From contig CAXHJY010000652.1 of the NCBI GenBank assembly GCA_964016885.1, positions 6,057 through 70,056 on the forward strand: a stretch of DNA of 64,000 bases. Direction: 5' to 3'. The stretch's first letter is position 1; the number at the start of each line of letters is the position of its first letter. Source of the stretch: Eledone cirrhosa (lineage: Eukaryota). A program made the position numbers and the translations under genes. The notes below the pieces were generated by a model. It was given only the letters and a program-made list of their open reading frames with translations. It was not told the origin of the DNA and ran no database searches. Positions 1-12,764 of this stretch are shown one piece after another.

Positions 1-1800
1 GATTGGTGCAGTAGCATCATTGTCAACTGCTACAAAGGTAAAGGCGATGCACTAGATAGAGGAAACTATAGAGGTATAAAGTTGATGGACCAGGTCATGA
101 AAGTAACAGAAAGAGTTATAGCACAGCTGATTAGGGACCGGGTGAATATAGACGAGATGCAATTTGGTTTTGTTCCAGGGAAAGGCACCACTGATGCGCT
201 CTTCCTTGTGAGGCAATTACAGGAAAAGTACCTAGCTAAAAGTAAGCCACTCTACTTGGCATTTGTCGACCTTGAGAAAGCCTTTGACAGAGTTCCACGT
301 GCAGTAATCTGGTGGGCTCTTAGAAAACTAGGAGTAGATGAATGGCTTGTGAAAGCGGTACAAGCCATGTATAGGGGAGCAGTCAGCAAAGTTAGGATTG
401 GCAATGAGTATAGCGAGGAATTTAGCGTACAGGTTGGGGTCCACCAGGGCTCTGTTCTTAGCCCTCTCCTGTTCATCATAGTCCTGCAGGCAATAACGGA
501 GGAGTTTAAGACCGGATGCCCATGGGAACTCCTGTATGCTGATGACCTCGCACTCATAGCTGAATCTATGGTAGAACTAGAGAATAAATTCCAAACCTGG
601 AAGCAGGGACTAGAGAGAAAGGGCCTCAAAGTCAACATGACAAAGACTAAGGTCCTTATAAGTAGACGAGAAAACAGAACCCAGATCCCCTCAGGGAAAT
701 GGCCTTGCTCAGTATGTAGGAAAGGTGTAGGTAGGAACTCCATTCTTTGCCCCAAATGCAAACAATGGGTACACAAGAGATGTAGCGGGATCTCAGGAAG
801 CTTAATTAAGAATGTAGGATTCACATGCAGCAGCTGTGCTGAAACAGCAAGCAAACAGCCACAGGAAACAAGTACCACCAATCTCTGGGAGGGCCCTGTA
901 GAAACAGTAGACAGCTTCTGCTACCTAGGTGACCGAATTAGCAACGGAGGTGGGTGCTCAGAAAGTACAATAACTAGGGTAAGAACGGGATGGAAGAAGT
1001 TTAGGGAACTACTACCACTGCTAGCTGCAAAAGGCTTCTCCCTCAGAATGAAAGGCAGACTGTATGATGCGTGTATCCGAACAGCGATGTTGCATGGTAG
1101 TGAGACCTGGGCGCTGAAGGTGGAAGACTTACGTAGATTAGAGAGAAACGAAGCCTGCATGCTCCGATGGATGTGTAACAGTAATATACGTGAACGACAA
1201 AGCATAAATGAATTGAGAGAGAGACTGAGCATAAGAGGAATCAAATGCTGCGTGCAGGAGAGGCGGTTACGCTGGTATGGACATGTGATGCGTATGAAGG
1301 ATGACAGCTGCATAAAAAGGTGCAGAGCACTAGAAGTTGATGGAAACCGCGGAGTGGGGAGACCCAAGATGACTTGGGATGAGGTGATAAAAGCCGACCT
1401 TACCCAACTACACCTCTCAAAGTCAATGACACACGACCGTGACTTCTGGCGTCACGCAGTAATACAGGGTACCCGACCTCCCATGGGTACATGCTGAAGC
1501 ATATAAACAATATGCCCCCCCCCCCCCACCGCAAGGTGGTCGTGGAGGTGCCACGGCAAAAAAGCACCCAGCCCACACTGTAAAGTGGACGTGTAGGCGC
1601 CACGAAAAAGCACCCAGCACTCACTGTAAATGAGGTTGGTGTTAGGAAGGGCATCCAGCTGTAGAAATCAAGCCAGATCAGTTCCTGTATGAGCAAGGCA
1701 TGGTCAGCCGACCAGACACTGCCCACAACAGGACAACCCGTCTAACCCATGCTAGCGTGGAAGAACGGACGTAAAACGGTGATGATGATGATGATGATGA
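1..1800 (+). mobile_element. RTE-clade LINE, 3' part (continues beyond window start), with 3'UTR and (GAT)n tail
   Basis: Intact RT ORF, then a 3'UTR ending ...ggacgtaaaacggt(gat)n at about 1780-1800; the same 3' tail recurs at 1815, 3640, 45893 and 46613. Confidence 0.9.
82..1497 (+). CDS. Non-LTR reverse transcriptase (RTE clade), C-terminal part, with embedded PHD-like zinc finger
   Basis: Motifs QFGF, FVDLEKAFDRV, GVHQGSVLSPLLF, LLYADDL, FCYLG, RLRWYGHVMR, GRPK. The frame is open upstream of the annotated start, so the ORF is partial. Confidence 0.92.
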   Translation: MMDQVMKVTERVIAQLIRDRVNIDEMQFGFVPGKGTTDALFLVRQLQEKYLAKSKPLYLAFVDLEKAFDRVPRAVIWWALRKLGVDEWLVKAVQAMYRGAVSKVRIGNEYSEEFSVQVGVHQGSVLSPLLFIIVLQAITEEFKTGCPWELLYADDLALIAESMVELENKFQTWKQGLERKGLKVNMTKTKVLISRRENRTQIPSGKWPCSVCRKGVGRNSILCPKCKQWVHKRCSGISGSLIKNVGFTCSSCAETASKQPQETSTTNLWEGPVETVDSFCYLGDRISNGGGCSESTITRVRTGWKKFRELLPLLAAKGFSLRMKGRLYDACIRTAMLHGSETWALKVEDLRRLERNEACMLRWMCNSNIRERQSINELRERLSIRGIKCCVQERRLRWYGHVMRMKDDSCIKRCRALEVDGNRGVGRPKMTWDEVIKADLTQLHLSKSMTHDRDFWRHAVIQGTRPPMGTC

Positions 1801-1814
1801 TATATATACATATA

Positions 1815-3610
1815 TCATCATTTATCGTCCATCTTCCATGCTAGCATGGGTTAGATGGGTTTGTCCCATTTAGAGGCAAGTTGGGTCAGGTGACCATGTC
1901 TCGCTCATATAGGACTGTTTCTGGCTGGTTTTCTACAGCTGGATGCCCTTCCTAACGCCAACCTCATTTACAGTAAGTACTGGGTCTTTTTGTTGTGTCG
2001 CCTACATGACCACTTTACAGTGTGGGCTGCGTGCTTTTTGTCGTAACAACTACATGACCACTTTACAGTATTGGCTGGGCACTTTTTGCCGTGTCACCAT
2101 CACAACCACTTTATAGTGTGGGCTGGGGGCTTCACTGGATGCATTTACTTTAGCCTGTCCTCATCGGGGTGTATGGGAGGGTGGGTTGGGGGCATACTGT
2201 ATATATGCAACAGCTTGTGCTTGTGGGAAGTCAGGTCTTCTGTATTACTGTGTATCACCAGAGACCTCGGTCATGTGTCATTACCTTTGAGAGGTGCAAT
2301 TGGGCAAGGTTTGCTTTTATTACCTCATCCCTGGGTCTCCCCACTCCAATGCTTCCATTATCTTTGAGCGCTCTGCACTTTTTTATGCAGCTGTCATTCT
2401 AAATACGCTTCACATGTCCATACCAACGCAACCTCCTCTCCAGCACACAGCATTTGATTCCTCTTATGCCTAGTTTCTCTCTCAGTTCATTTATGCTTCG
2501 CAGTTCTTGTATATTACTATTACACATCCATCGGCGCATGCAAGCTTCATTTCTTTCCAATCTACGCAAATCTTCTGCACACAACGCCCAGGTCTCACTA
2601 CCATGCAACATAGCTGTTTGTATGTATGCATCATACAGTCTGCCTTTCATTCTGAGGGAGAAGCCTTTTGTAGCCAGCAGTGGTAGTAACTCCCTGAACT
2701 TCTTCCTCTGACTACTGTACTTTCAGAACACTCACTACCGCTGCTAATTCATTCTCCTATGTAGCAGAAACTGTCTACTGTTTCTACAGAGCTCTCCCAG
2801 AATTTGGTAGCGCTTGTTTCCTGCAGTCATTTGCTGCTTACTGTTCCAGTGCAACTGCTACATGTAAAGCCTAGATTCTTAGCTAAACTTCCTGAGATCC
2901 CACTACATCTCTTGTGTGCCCATAGTTTGCATATGGGGCAGAGGATGGAGTTTCTACCTACACCTTTCCTACATACTGAACAAGGCCATTTCCTCGAGGG
3001 GATCGGAATTCTGTATTCTCTTCTACTTACTAGGACCTTAGTCTTTGTCAGGTTGACTTTAAGACCCCTTCTTTCTAGGCCCTGCTTTCATGTTTGGAAT
3101 TTCTTCTCTAGTTCCAGCATAGAATCAGCTACAAGTGTAAGATCATCCATGTTCAGAAGTTCCCATGGGCAGCCAAGTCTTAAACTCCTCCGTTATAGCC
3201 TGGTAAATTATAATAAACAGGAGCAGGCTAAGGACAGAGCCCTGCTGGATGCTAACTTGTACGCTAAATCCCTCGCTATAGTCATTGTTGATTGCTGACT
3301 GCTCCTCTCAGCATAGCTTGTACAGCCTTCAACTCCTAGTTTTCTAAGAGCTCACCAAATTATGTCACGGGGCATTCTGTCAAAAGCTTTCTCCAGATCA
3401 ACAAATGCCAGGTAGAGAGGCTTACTTTTAGTTAGATACTTTCTTGTAACTGTCTCACAAGAAAGAGGTGCTTTTGCTTGGTGCAAATCCAAACTACATC
3501 TAATCGAGATTTACCCTGACCCTAATCAACTGTGCCATGACTCTTTCTGTTACTTTCATGACCTGGTCCATCAGTTTTATATCTCTATAGTTACCTCTAT
3601 CTAGTGCGTC
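1815..3610 (-). mobile_element. Degenerate 5'-truncated RTE LINE, tail-to-tail with the copy at 1-1800
   Basis: Minus-strand ORF pieces (ALDRGNYRDIKLMDQVMKVTER; KGRLYDAYIQTAMLHGSETW) match the 82-1497 protein; frameshifts present; 3'UTR in reverse at 1815-2200. Confidence 0.9.
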
Positions 3611-3627
3611 TATATACATATATATAT

Positions 3628-3808
3628 CATTATCATCATCATCATTATTATGATGATTATACGTCCACTTTTCCCTGCTTGCAAGGGTGGGACGGGAACT
3701 GATTCTGGCTTGATTTCTACAGCTGGATGCCCTTCCTAACACCAACCTCATTTACAGTGAGTGCTGGGTGCTTTTTTGCCGTGGCACCTCCACGACCACT
3801 TTGCAGTG
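3628..3808 (-). mobile_element. Short RTE 3'-tail fragment
   Basis: Reverse complement of the 3'UTR at 1540-1800 (ggatgcccttcctaacaccaacctcatttacagtgagtgctgggtgc) with a (TCA)n tail. Confidence 0.75.
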
Positions 3809-3809
3809 G

Positions 3810-3980
3810 AATGATATGGACCCCAGTCCCTATCATCTCATTTCTACAGCTGAGTAAACTGGAGCAATGTGAAATAAAGTGTCTTGCTCAAGGAAACAAC
3901 ACATCACCCGGTCTGAGAATTGAACTCACAACCTTTCGATTGCAAGGGCAATGCTCTAACCACTAAGCCATGTACCTCCA
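3810..3980 (-). mobile_element. tRNA-derived SINE
   Basis: Minus strand shows A box TGGCTTAGTGG and B box GAGTTCAATTC, followed by a ttgagcaagacactttatttcac body. Confidence 0.7.
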
Positions 3981-4189
3981 TATGTATACGTATACATATA
4001 CATATATATATATATATATATAGGTATACAAGATATCATTTTCGGTTTCCCTAGTTCAGCGTTAGAGTAGCCTACAATGAAGAGTATTGAAACATATGTA
4101 AATGCTAAAAATAAACCCTACTGTATCGCTTATCTGTGTTAATCCTCTTTTTACCTTATATATATATAATAATAATAATTGTTTCTATT

Positions 4190-4982
4190 TTGGTAACATT
4201 AATAAAGATGCTGATGTTACATAAATCGTTTATTCATAATTATTATTTCAACGGTTCTATTATAGCGATGTTTTTCTTTACCGGCTTTAATTTTTAGTGT
4301 TGTGTGAAATATATAACCTGCAAACCTGATTTTTGAATCGCAGCAGGATCGAATTTATTTCACTCGCTCCACTAAAAGTTGGATTTTCTTTGCTCACGGT
4401 ATGAACAAGAGACTGACTAATACATAGTTACCGGCTTTCATTTTTAGTGTTGTGCGAAATATATAACCGCCTTAGCTAAGCTTAGTATTGCCACAACCAC
4501 GGCTGGCAAAGATGTAAGGGTCTGGTGGTACGTAAGTAAGCAACACTGTGGCTTAAAACATGAGGAAGAAGTTGTGTGCACTTAGCAACTGTTTGGCGAA
4601 AGAGTGTCAGATTTGTCTTGAGCAAGGGTGGCAGAATAACGGAGGCAGCAGACAGCCAGACATACTGATATTATAAGGGCGCGTTCTGGACGCAGATGGA
4701 ATTGTGGGAAGTGACGTAATGCAGACAGCCAGACATACAGACAGATATTATAAGGGCGCGATGTTATATGTATGTATCTATCTAAAAAGAGAAAGACTAA
4801 GAATTATAGAGAGAGATCGCTAAATCGCCTAATGCGGTCCCTAGGGCATTGAAAATTTGAATTTTTTTTCTCAGAACACTCCCTGAAACATAAGTATTAC
4901 ATGTCTAAAGTTTGAAAACAGTCGGTTGGGTGCTTCTCGAGTTTTAGGGATTCAAACTCACACATACAGACAGACATCCTCA

Positions 4983-4990
<8 letters not shown>
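4190..4990 (+). mobile_element. Possible non-autonomous Helitron-like element
   Basis: Internal direct repeats (4279-4318/4428-4468; gcagacagccagacatac twice) and an end catgtctaaagtttgaa...cacatacagacagacatcctcagttttatata resembling Lep1-type Helitron ends; family assignment is inference. Confidence 0.35.
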
Positions 4991-5039
<49 letters not shown>

Positions 5040-5096
5040 GGTAACAAGTTATCATTATAGGTAATCCAGTTAGAGGTTGTGAGTACTCTGTGTCGT

Positions 5097-5211
5097 GGGT
5101 ATTCTGATGAGTTGGTCAGAGGTAAATAATGTAATGGAGATCGAGTGACGCAACTTCGAGTGATTAGCAGCCTCTAGACTCATCTGATCAATGAAACAAT
5201 TGTCAATACCT
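5097..5211 (+). ncRNA. Type I hammerhead ribozyme, long stem II
   Basis: gggtatt-CTGATGA(5104)-[ttggtcaga...tctgatcaa]-GAAA(5193)-caattg-TC-aatacct; palindromic stem III ACAATTGT; GUC site; AATAAA follows; insert lies between TA tracts. Confidence 0.75.
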
Positions 5212-5677
5212 GAAATAAAGCCCTTTGTTGTACAGCCAACCATGTTACTCTTCATTCTTTCACTATATATATATATATAATTTTGAGTATGTGTTGGTTG
5301 TTTACTGACACCTCAGTATGCAGGTTGGAGCACTCAACGAAGTAATGTAAAAACAAGAAGTGTAAGTCAACAGGTTAACTTTCACTTCTTGTTTATATAT
5401 ATATAATTCTCTGTCATTATGTGTGTATATAAATAAAAATATTTTTTGTTACATTTAAAAATTTACATGTTCTCTTATCTCTCTAAGCTTAAGTATTTCT
5501 ATTTTAAAACAGCCAGATATGGCATGTTGATATCTTCAATATGTGGCAGTAAATATCTGAATGTCATCAGTAGACAACACAATATGATATTCAGACATCA
5601 CAATACATATCTATGATAGGACTGGGACCCTTATCATTAAAACACCCAAGATACCTCCTACGAGATACAAACTTATA

Positions 5678-7342
5678 TCTTTCTTTATTTGCCACAAGGG
5701 CGTACAAAAATGGGACATTACAAGACGTGGCGGCGGGGGTTTTACATAAAAATCATATAACTTTAACATTAATAAATAACAATAAACTATATATAATAAA
5801 ATAACAATTGAGGGGGAACGTTACTGCAGGGTTGTTTTACACCCCGTGGATAGAACAACCCTCAACACCAGGAACATGTTTTGTAGGTGTTCCTGTCTTC
5901 CCTCTGTTTATCTTCCTCAAACTACAGGTTTATATACAGAGAAGGCCCATTCACTCGGGCCATTTTCGCCACATTCACCCACCTTTCAGCGAATTTACTG
6001 GGGTGTAGCACCTCTCTCTCCACTCTCACCTTCCTTCTGAAGTGATACTTAAAGAAGGGGATAAGTTGTTGTCCGGAGAGAAAGGTGTTTGCCCTCAGTC
6101 CTTTTAACCTCGTCCACCATATTACCTCTTTCGCCATAGCCAGCAGACAGAGGAAAACTGTCTCTCCTTCGTTCTTAAATGAAGGCGGTGGGGTGGTCCT
6201 CACGATGGACTCGGCTGACAACTGGATGCGTCCCACACGTGACAGCAGCTGTTCGACATAATTCCACAAGTCGGTCACCCCTAGGCACTGAACAATTGCA
6301 TGCAGAACGGTTTTGATGTCCTGCTCGCATCTTGGACAGGTCTTTTTAGCAGGATCTCTGCCAGGGTGTCCGTGTCTGTAGATTTTGTCTCGAACTGGTA
6401 GAGCTCCTCGGTAGCACTGCCAGGCCAGAGACCTCTGGAAGTTATTCATAGGCCCTGGACGGAAAGTCCTCCCGAACAGACTGGTCAGTTCGTCCTTCTC
6501 GATGCCTAGAGTTTCCCCAAGAACGTTGTCGCACTTATCCTCCACTAATCCCCTATAGAATGTCGAAGTGGAGTCTCCGCTGATTGCCATTTCCGCTTGG
6601 TAGAGGGCTGTGAGCGCCTGTAGGCACTCGAGGTGCCAGGCACCCATTTTCGGTCTTTGCTTGATCCAGGACTGCAGCTCTGTTAGTGAGACGAGTTGTG
6701 GAAGAGCTTGTCTCACAAACGACAGCCACACCAGTTCACCGGTCAGGAATACCTGGAGATGGCGTAGCCTCAGCGCGTGTTTGTGCATCATCAGCCACTG
6801 CATGCCCAGCCCTCCATTAGAAGGGTGTTGACAGCAGATGGATCTCCTCACCAATGGAGCCTGTTTCTTCCAGAGGAACTTGAAGAGTAGGCGTTCCATT
6901 TTGGTGAGGTATTCGCGGGGACAAGGCACGACTGCAAGTGGTAGTAGATGACGGACGCTATGTAAGTGTTCGCCACCTCCGCTTGACCTTTCAAGGAGAG
7001 TTTGCACTCAGCCCACTTCTGGGTGAGTGCAAACACCTTCGCCGTGACCTCGTTCCAGTTCTTGTCCACCTGGAGGTCTGGACCAAACCAGACCCCGAGC
7101 AATTTCACCGGTCCTTCCGTCCAGCGTCCAATGACACTGTGCCGAGTTACAAACCGACAGACTTGTTTGGGTTTAGTCTTGCTCCTGTAATAGGTTGCCG
7201 ATTACCCCGATTTCAGAGGGTTTTGACACCATTACAGTTATGTCGTCGGCATAGGCTGATGCTGCTTTCCGCAGTCCTGGTTCGATCGGGATGCCCTGCA
7301 ACAGATCCAACTTCCGCAGTAACGGCTCGAGAGTCAGTACAT
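5678..7342 (-). mobile_element. 5'-truncated L1/Tx1-like LINE (RT C-terminus and zf-RVT-type CCHC region), degenerate
   Basis: ORF 5922-7007 (FKFLWK, GGLG, CPRC..TVLHAIVQC) and 6848-7108 (KLLGVWFG); 10-bp target-site duplication caaacttata at 5668-5677 and 7343-7352. Confidence 0.85.
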
Positions 7343-9255
7343 CAAACTTATAGGCAGCCAGCTAGGTGTTTAAGTAAATAGCTGTACAGACACTGTAGAA
7401 GATTAATAAACAACAAAAAGTATTTTAAGTCCCTTTTCCTTGCTAAAGCAGGGGTTAACCATACAGACCCATGACAAGCTTCTACATTTTCCCCTATCAT
7501 CTGCACTCCGCTGCCAATCCCCTAGTTTTCATTTCTTTCTCTTCCATTACTACCTTCCACATTCATCTCCATCACTCCGTTCACCCAGTCACATTCATCC
7601 TTCCTCAACACATGACTCAACCATCTCATTCCATTTCTCGTCACAACATTCATCACTAGCTATATTCCTATCACGTAAATGTAACATGTTTATGTCATGA
7701 GCATCACTATTATGTCTATGTTCAACATTGGCATGTGTTAGACAGGCTGGTCAAATGATTACATCCTGCTCATATGTTCCAGTTTGGCATGATCTGTACA
7801 GCTGGATGCTTTTCCTAACTCTAACCACTTTACAGAGTGTACTGAATATGTTTTATTGTGGCACCAGCACTATCTCCTTACAGAGAGGAGTGGGTGCATT
7901 TTATCCTGGTAGTACATTTACCCCACAAAACACTTGCTTTCACTCGTTCTCTTTCTCCTTCAGCAAGCAACATGTAGAAGTCATTACTACTCATGTCACA
8001 GTGTCACTTTTACCATACTATCACTCCCATCCCTACATCTCTGTTTGACTGAGAACACAACAGTCACTTGAGTATTAGTCCCATAATAAAATGCTCACAG
8101 TACACTCAGTAAATGGTAGTACTGGAGCCACAATATCTGTACATATATACATTTATTATATGTTTTGGTTACAAATTTCACAACTCAATATAACATTTAA
8201 ACATGATGGATCTTCCACTGATTTCGACAATGAGCATTCAATTGTTTGGAAAAATGAACATTCCACTTATAAATTCACTTGCAAGTAGTTGAGTCTTTCA
8301 GATATATATACCCTTAACCTTTTTCATACCAAACCACCTGACACCGCTAAGGATTTATGAAACAAAACTGCTCATTTTAAAATATTTATCCATACATTAA
8401 AACCTTTCATCATAATTTTATCTTAGAAATGTTTCTTAAGTAATGTTCTAAATATCAGTTTACTAATTAAAAACTCAGTTATTTTATCAAATTCCTCCAA
8501 ATGCTTAGTTATTTTCAAAATAAATTGAAACACATAGGCAATGTTTTTCCTTAGAAATACAGTAATAAAAGGGTTAACAGAATTCTCAAGCAGAATCAAT
8601 ATGATACAATATGTAACAAGGCTGGGCCTTTGAATTACAGGTACAAACCACCAAATAGGCTTTCACAGTTTCTGTCTACGCAATTTCACTCACAAGTCTT
8701 GGAATGTAATCTAGAAGCCTATAACTGAAGTGAACGTCTTAACTATTCTGTCATACCAGTATCCACATATTTACACATGACAATAGGGTGTACTATTCAG
8801 CCAGCATGGTACAATAATACATTTAGACACCACAATACACTATGACGTTATACATTACAACGGAGAAACTCTACTCTGTCGATGGACATGCTAAAAGTAG
8901 CATATTTCTAACGAAATCCACTGCCTGTGATTTTTAAATAATCAAGAATTTGGAAAGATTTAGTATTATAACGTTGTTATTATTAAGCTGGAAGAAAACA
9001 AAAAAAAAACACGGGTTCTTACATAAATTATATTGAAATGTTAAATATAAACACTTATAATTTTCGTTCCCATATTTCTAATCAAAAGACACTAGTTATG
9101 ATTGTCGAATAATTTTGAAAATAATCAGTAATATATCATGAAAAACACAAGACCGAAGTCATAGTATATACTAAATAGCAGACATGCCGGTAATGCTTCG
9201 GTTAAAGAAGACAGGTAACTTTCGGTCATTTCTGTGAGTAAAAATGACGAATTGG

Positions 9256-9302
<47 letters not shown>

Positions 9303-9340
9303 CAAATATTAATAAAATAGATGTTCTTGTGATCAATTAA

Positions 9341-9393
9341 ATTTTATTATACATATTTCAGAGGTACAACAGTACGTCCTCATCAGATAAAAT
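9341..9393 (-). ncRNA. Type I hammerhead ribozyme motif inside a short inverted-repeat insert (9297-9472)
   Basis: Minus strand: attttat-CTGATGA-ggacgtactgttgtacctct-GAAA-tatgta-TA-ataaaat; flanked by inverted repeats 9297-9319 and 9450-9472. Confidence 0.65.
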
Positions 9394-11449
9394 AAAATGA
9401 TACATGACATACCCTGAGATGTTAAATGGTTAAGATTTAATTAAGGTAGTATTTTATTAATATTTGTATTTTAATATTAATAACTCTGGAAAAAATTTTT
9501 TGTAGAGTGCTTCCAATCTACTGTAAAACTCAATCTTTGATGTACTCATTGAACCTTGTTTAACTCTTTAATATAAATATATATATCAACATATTCGTAA
9601 TCTACAGCTTCGAAAAATGTATCTCTGCAAAATATACATTTTCAAGAAAATTATGAGAAAAATGAAGCCGGGGGGAGGAGGTGGGGGCGGCACACACACA
9701 CATGCCTGCCTACCTACATACATACATAAACAGAGAGAGAAAGAGAAACACCTCTACAGGACTAGAACTGTTTCATTCGTATGGAATCACCAGGAATGTC
9801 ATTTCTATATATAATGAAGGTGCCTATACTCTACCAATGTATTGAGTACATTTTCTAACTGTGGTTACCCCCACGACACCAATTAAGAAAGGTCAATGAA
9901 CATTAGATTCAGAGCATTTTTTTTTTTTTGTTACATATTTTAACGAAATACCATAAAATCTTTTTTAATATATCACGTTGAGAAACAAAACTGGTGTGTT
10001 ATGTATATATATATAGAACAACAAATAATAAATGTACTCACTTAAATAAAAATTCCCATATGACTTTGTTTTTTAATAATGAACATTTTGCAGCGATACA
10101 TTTTCGAAGGTAAAAATTACGAATATACTTATAGAGTATTAAAAACAAGTCATTTTTCACTCATGGAAGTTATCTTAAGTTGTCAGTGGGCTTATAACGA
10201 AGGATTACCAGCTTGCTCTCAAGTATATACATAGTGAGGTGCTCAATGGTAATTCACGTACATAAACACCAGAAAGGAGCTACGTATGTTTGTAGTTGTT
10301 ACCATGTGTAAAGATAATTAATATGACATCAACATCCGGTGGGATGTTAGGGGTATCTTTAATTAAATATATAATTAAGACAGTTATGTAATATGTAGCT
10401 TGACGTTACCTTAAGTTGACGATCTCTTGCTCCACGCCCACAAACCTCCGCGTTAACTAGTGACGTAGAAAGTGTGTGTGTGTGTTGGTCCTCTGTCGGT
10501 TACTACGATGAGTGTTTCAGTTGTTCGAACAAAGGAAAAAAATACCTGTTCGCGAAATTAACGTGCACATGTCTGAGCACCCCTCAGACACGTACCCCTT
10601 TAAACGTAGTTCTCGGGGAGATTAATAGTAACACAGTGTGCGACAAGGCTAGCCCTTTGAATTACAGGTACACTTTATCTTGTATAGTGCAAGTAGTTGA
10701 GTATTCCACAGACACGTGTGCCCTTAACGTACACGGCACATGACAATACTGGCATACACAACATAAGATCAGACTGGCCCTTTGAATTATAGGTACAAAT
10801 CATTTAAACAAGTTGAGTGAACTGGGGTAACATCAAATAAAGTGTCTTGTGCAAATACACAACACGCTGCCGGAAATCGAACTCACACCTGGAGATCATT
10901 AGCCGAATACTCCAACCTTTCATCTCAGCGTACTCAATAGGTAAGGTTATGTAAAAATGCTAGAGTAGGCACAAAGTTATTAGCCTCAATACAACACACG
11001 TAAATGGGGACCATGAATTTATACCTGTACTCGAGTATAAGTATATGTATATATATATACGGAGAACTGATGTAACGAGATAACCGAACATACTTATTGT
11101 ACAAGTTGTTACACTTCCCATTTTATAACTTTCCGACTGAATTGGAGTTCAGATTCATTGAAAACACACGAACAAATCTAGGAATAAGAACAATTTACGC
11201 ATTTCCCTGTAAATCGGAAAAAAATGATAAACACCTTTATTTAACCCATTGTCAAACTTAGCTGGGGGGTTTCATCAGAAGGTATGTGTATATCATTTAA
11301 ACAACCACAAGGAAATACATAATCGAGGGGCTTATAAACCTTATCATTTATAGTAGTATCCTGAAATGTGTGTATAAATTTGCATACTATTAGTGGTTAT
11401 GTTGGTAGTTAAAACACACACACACATACATAAATACATACACAATAAA

Positions 11450-12020
11450 ATGCAGGCATAACAGACCAGATATTATGATATGAGACAGAGAAAGAAGGCA
11501 AGCACAGTAGTGAACGTTAGCTGCCCAGCAGATGCCAAGATAATATCAAAGATTAGTGAAAAGGAGAATATTTATGCAGAACTGATGAGAAATCTGCAGA
11601 CATTCCACCCTGATTACACCTTCAGATTTATGCCTTTGATTATTGGGGCACTGGGGTATGTTAGTAACTGCCTCAATACAAATCTTGAGAAGCTTCACCG
11701 GAACAGAAAGAACACAACTAGTTAGGAAATTACAAGTACAATCCATTAATGGAACAGTAAAAATATGTAAAACATTCTAAAAGTTTTGCATCTAATAACT
11801 GCATATACACAAATACAGATACAAAGCATATACACATGCACACATACAACTCAAAAATACACATCCACACATACAATAACATCCATATCTACACATGCAT
11901 GCATACATACATACATATCTACCTAGTTGATGTTGTGTAAATTCCAATGAGAGTCTTGTGTCTATGTTAGAAACCGACTCTCTCTCTATTGGTAAAACTT
12001 TGTGAAATTATAAAACCAGA
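11450..12020 (+). mobile_element. R4/Dong-like non-LTR 3' fragment (restriction-like endonuclease domain), degenerate
   Basis: RPDI..., VNVSCPAD, EKENIY, FMPLIIGALG pattern of RLE domains; homologous to 14750-15090; flanked by (CATA)n. Confidence 0.7.
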
Positions 12021-12090
12021 AGAACATACATACATGCATGCATGCATGCATGCATACATACATACATACATACATACATACATACATACA

Positions 12091-12700
12091 TGGTGGCTGC
12101 CAACTCGTTTTCAAGTACGGCCACTACTTTATATCTATGTAGGAGAACCCCTACCGATGCGCTGAACGAGTGTGACTTTTTAGTCCAGCCAGCGACTTGA
12201 AAACTCTGGTACAAACACTACACTTGTGACAATTATTGACACATAGTGCTGGGTCCATGGTACCATGTGACGACAAGTGCAGAGAGATCTCCAGATATAA
12301 AGCAATGCCTGTGCCGTGAAGCTTTTATAGTGAGCAAAGGCACTGCACAAAGCCAGTCCCACTCTCTTAACCAAGATGATATTTACCAAAAAGAAGAACA
12401 AGTCAACATCATTGGATACCATCAGGGTTGCAGGTGTTATATCAGAGTTTTCCTTCTCCTAGAATTCTGCCTTGACAAAGGCTAAGGAGTCATCTCGCCC
12501 GCTGATTTTGGATGGCCATTGACTTTTAAGAGCTCCTTTGCCCTTTGACAGGTTTTGTTTTTAGTCCTGCAGGATGTCCAAAGTCACCCTCCTCACCAAG
12601 AAACCTTGGTGGGGTTGCCAGTTTAGTCGCCAACGACCCAACCATGAGACAGGTTGTACTGGGATACATGTTACCAGTAGCACCAACTGGTGACCTGACA
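12091..12700 (-). repeat. Interspersed repeat, probably a LINE 5'UTR-like or SINE-like element; copies at 50457-50868 and, diverged, 15192-15480
   Basis: 12091-12500 is nearly identical to 50457-50868; contains ctaggagaaggaaaactctg on the minus strand; flanked by (CATA)n or (TA)n. Confidence 0.7.
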
Positions 12701-12764
12701 TACATACATACATACATACATACATACATACATACATACATACATACATACATACATACATACA

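Noticed and set aside
252-1367. Antisense ORFs over the RTE and other retroelements
   Set aside because: Shadow frames of the RT coding strand with no independent motifs.
4075-4115. TGAAGA..GAAACATATGTA hammerhead-like relic
   Set aside because: First core C is missing and stem II cannot form.
8160-8310. Possible host coding exon
   Set aside because: Only a short open frame, no recognisable domain or clear splice pair.
11230-11290. CTGATGA with acctt/aaggt stem on minus strand
   Set aside because: No GAAA box or stem III.
12560-12700. HDV-like or twister ribozyme in the LINE-5'UTR-like repeat (minus strand)
   Set aside because: Hairpins and a CTAA motif exist, but I could not build a consistent nested double pseudoknot by eye; needs an Infernal search.
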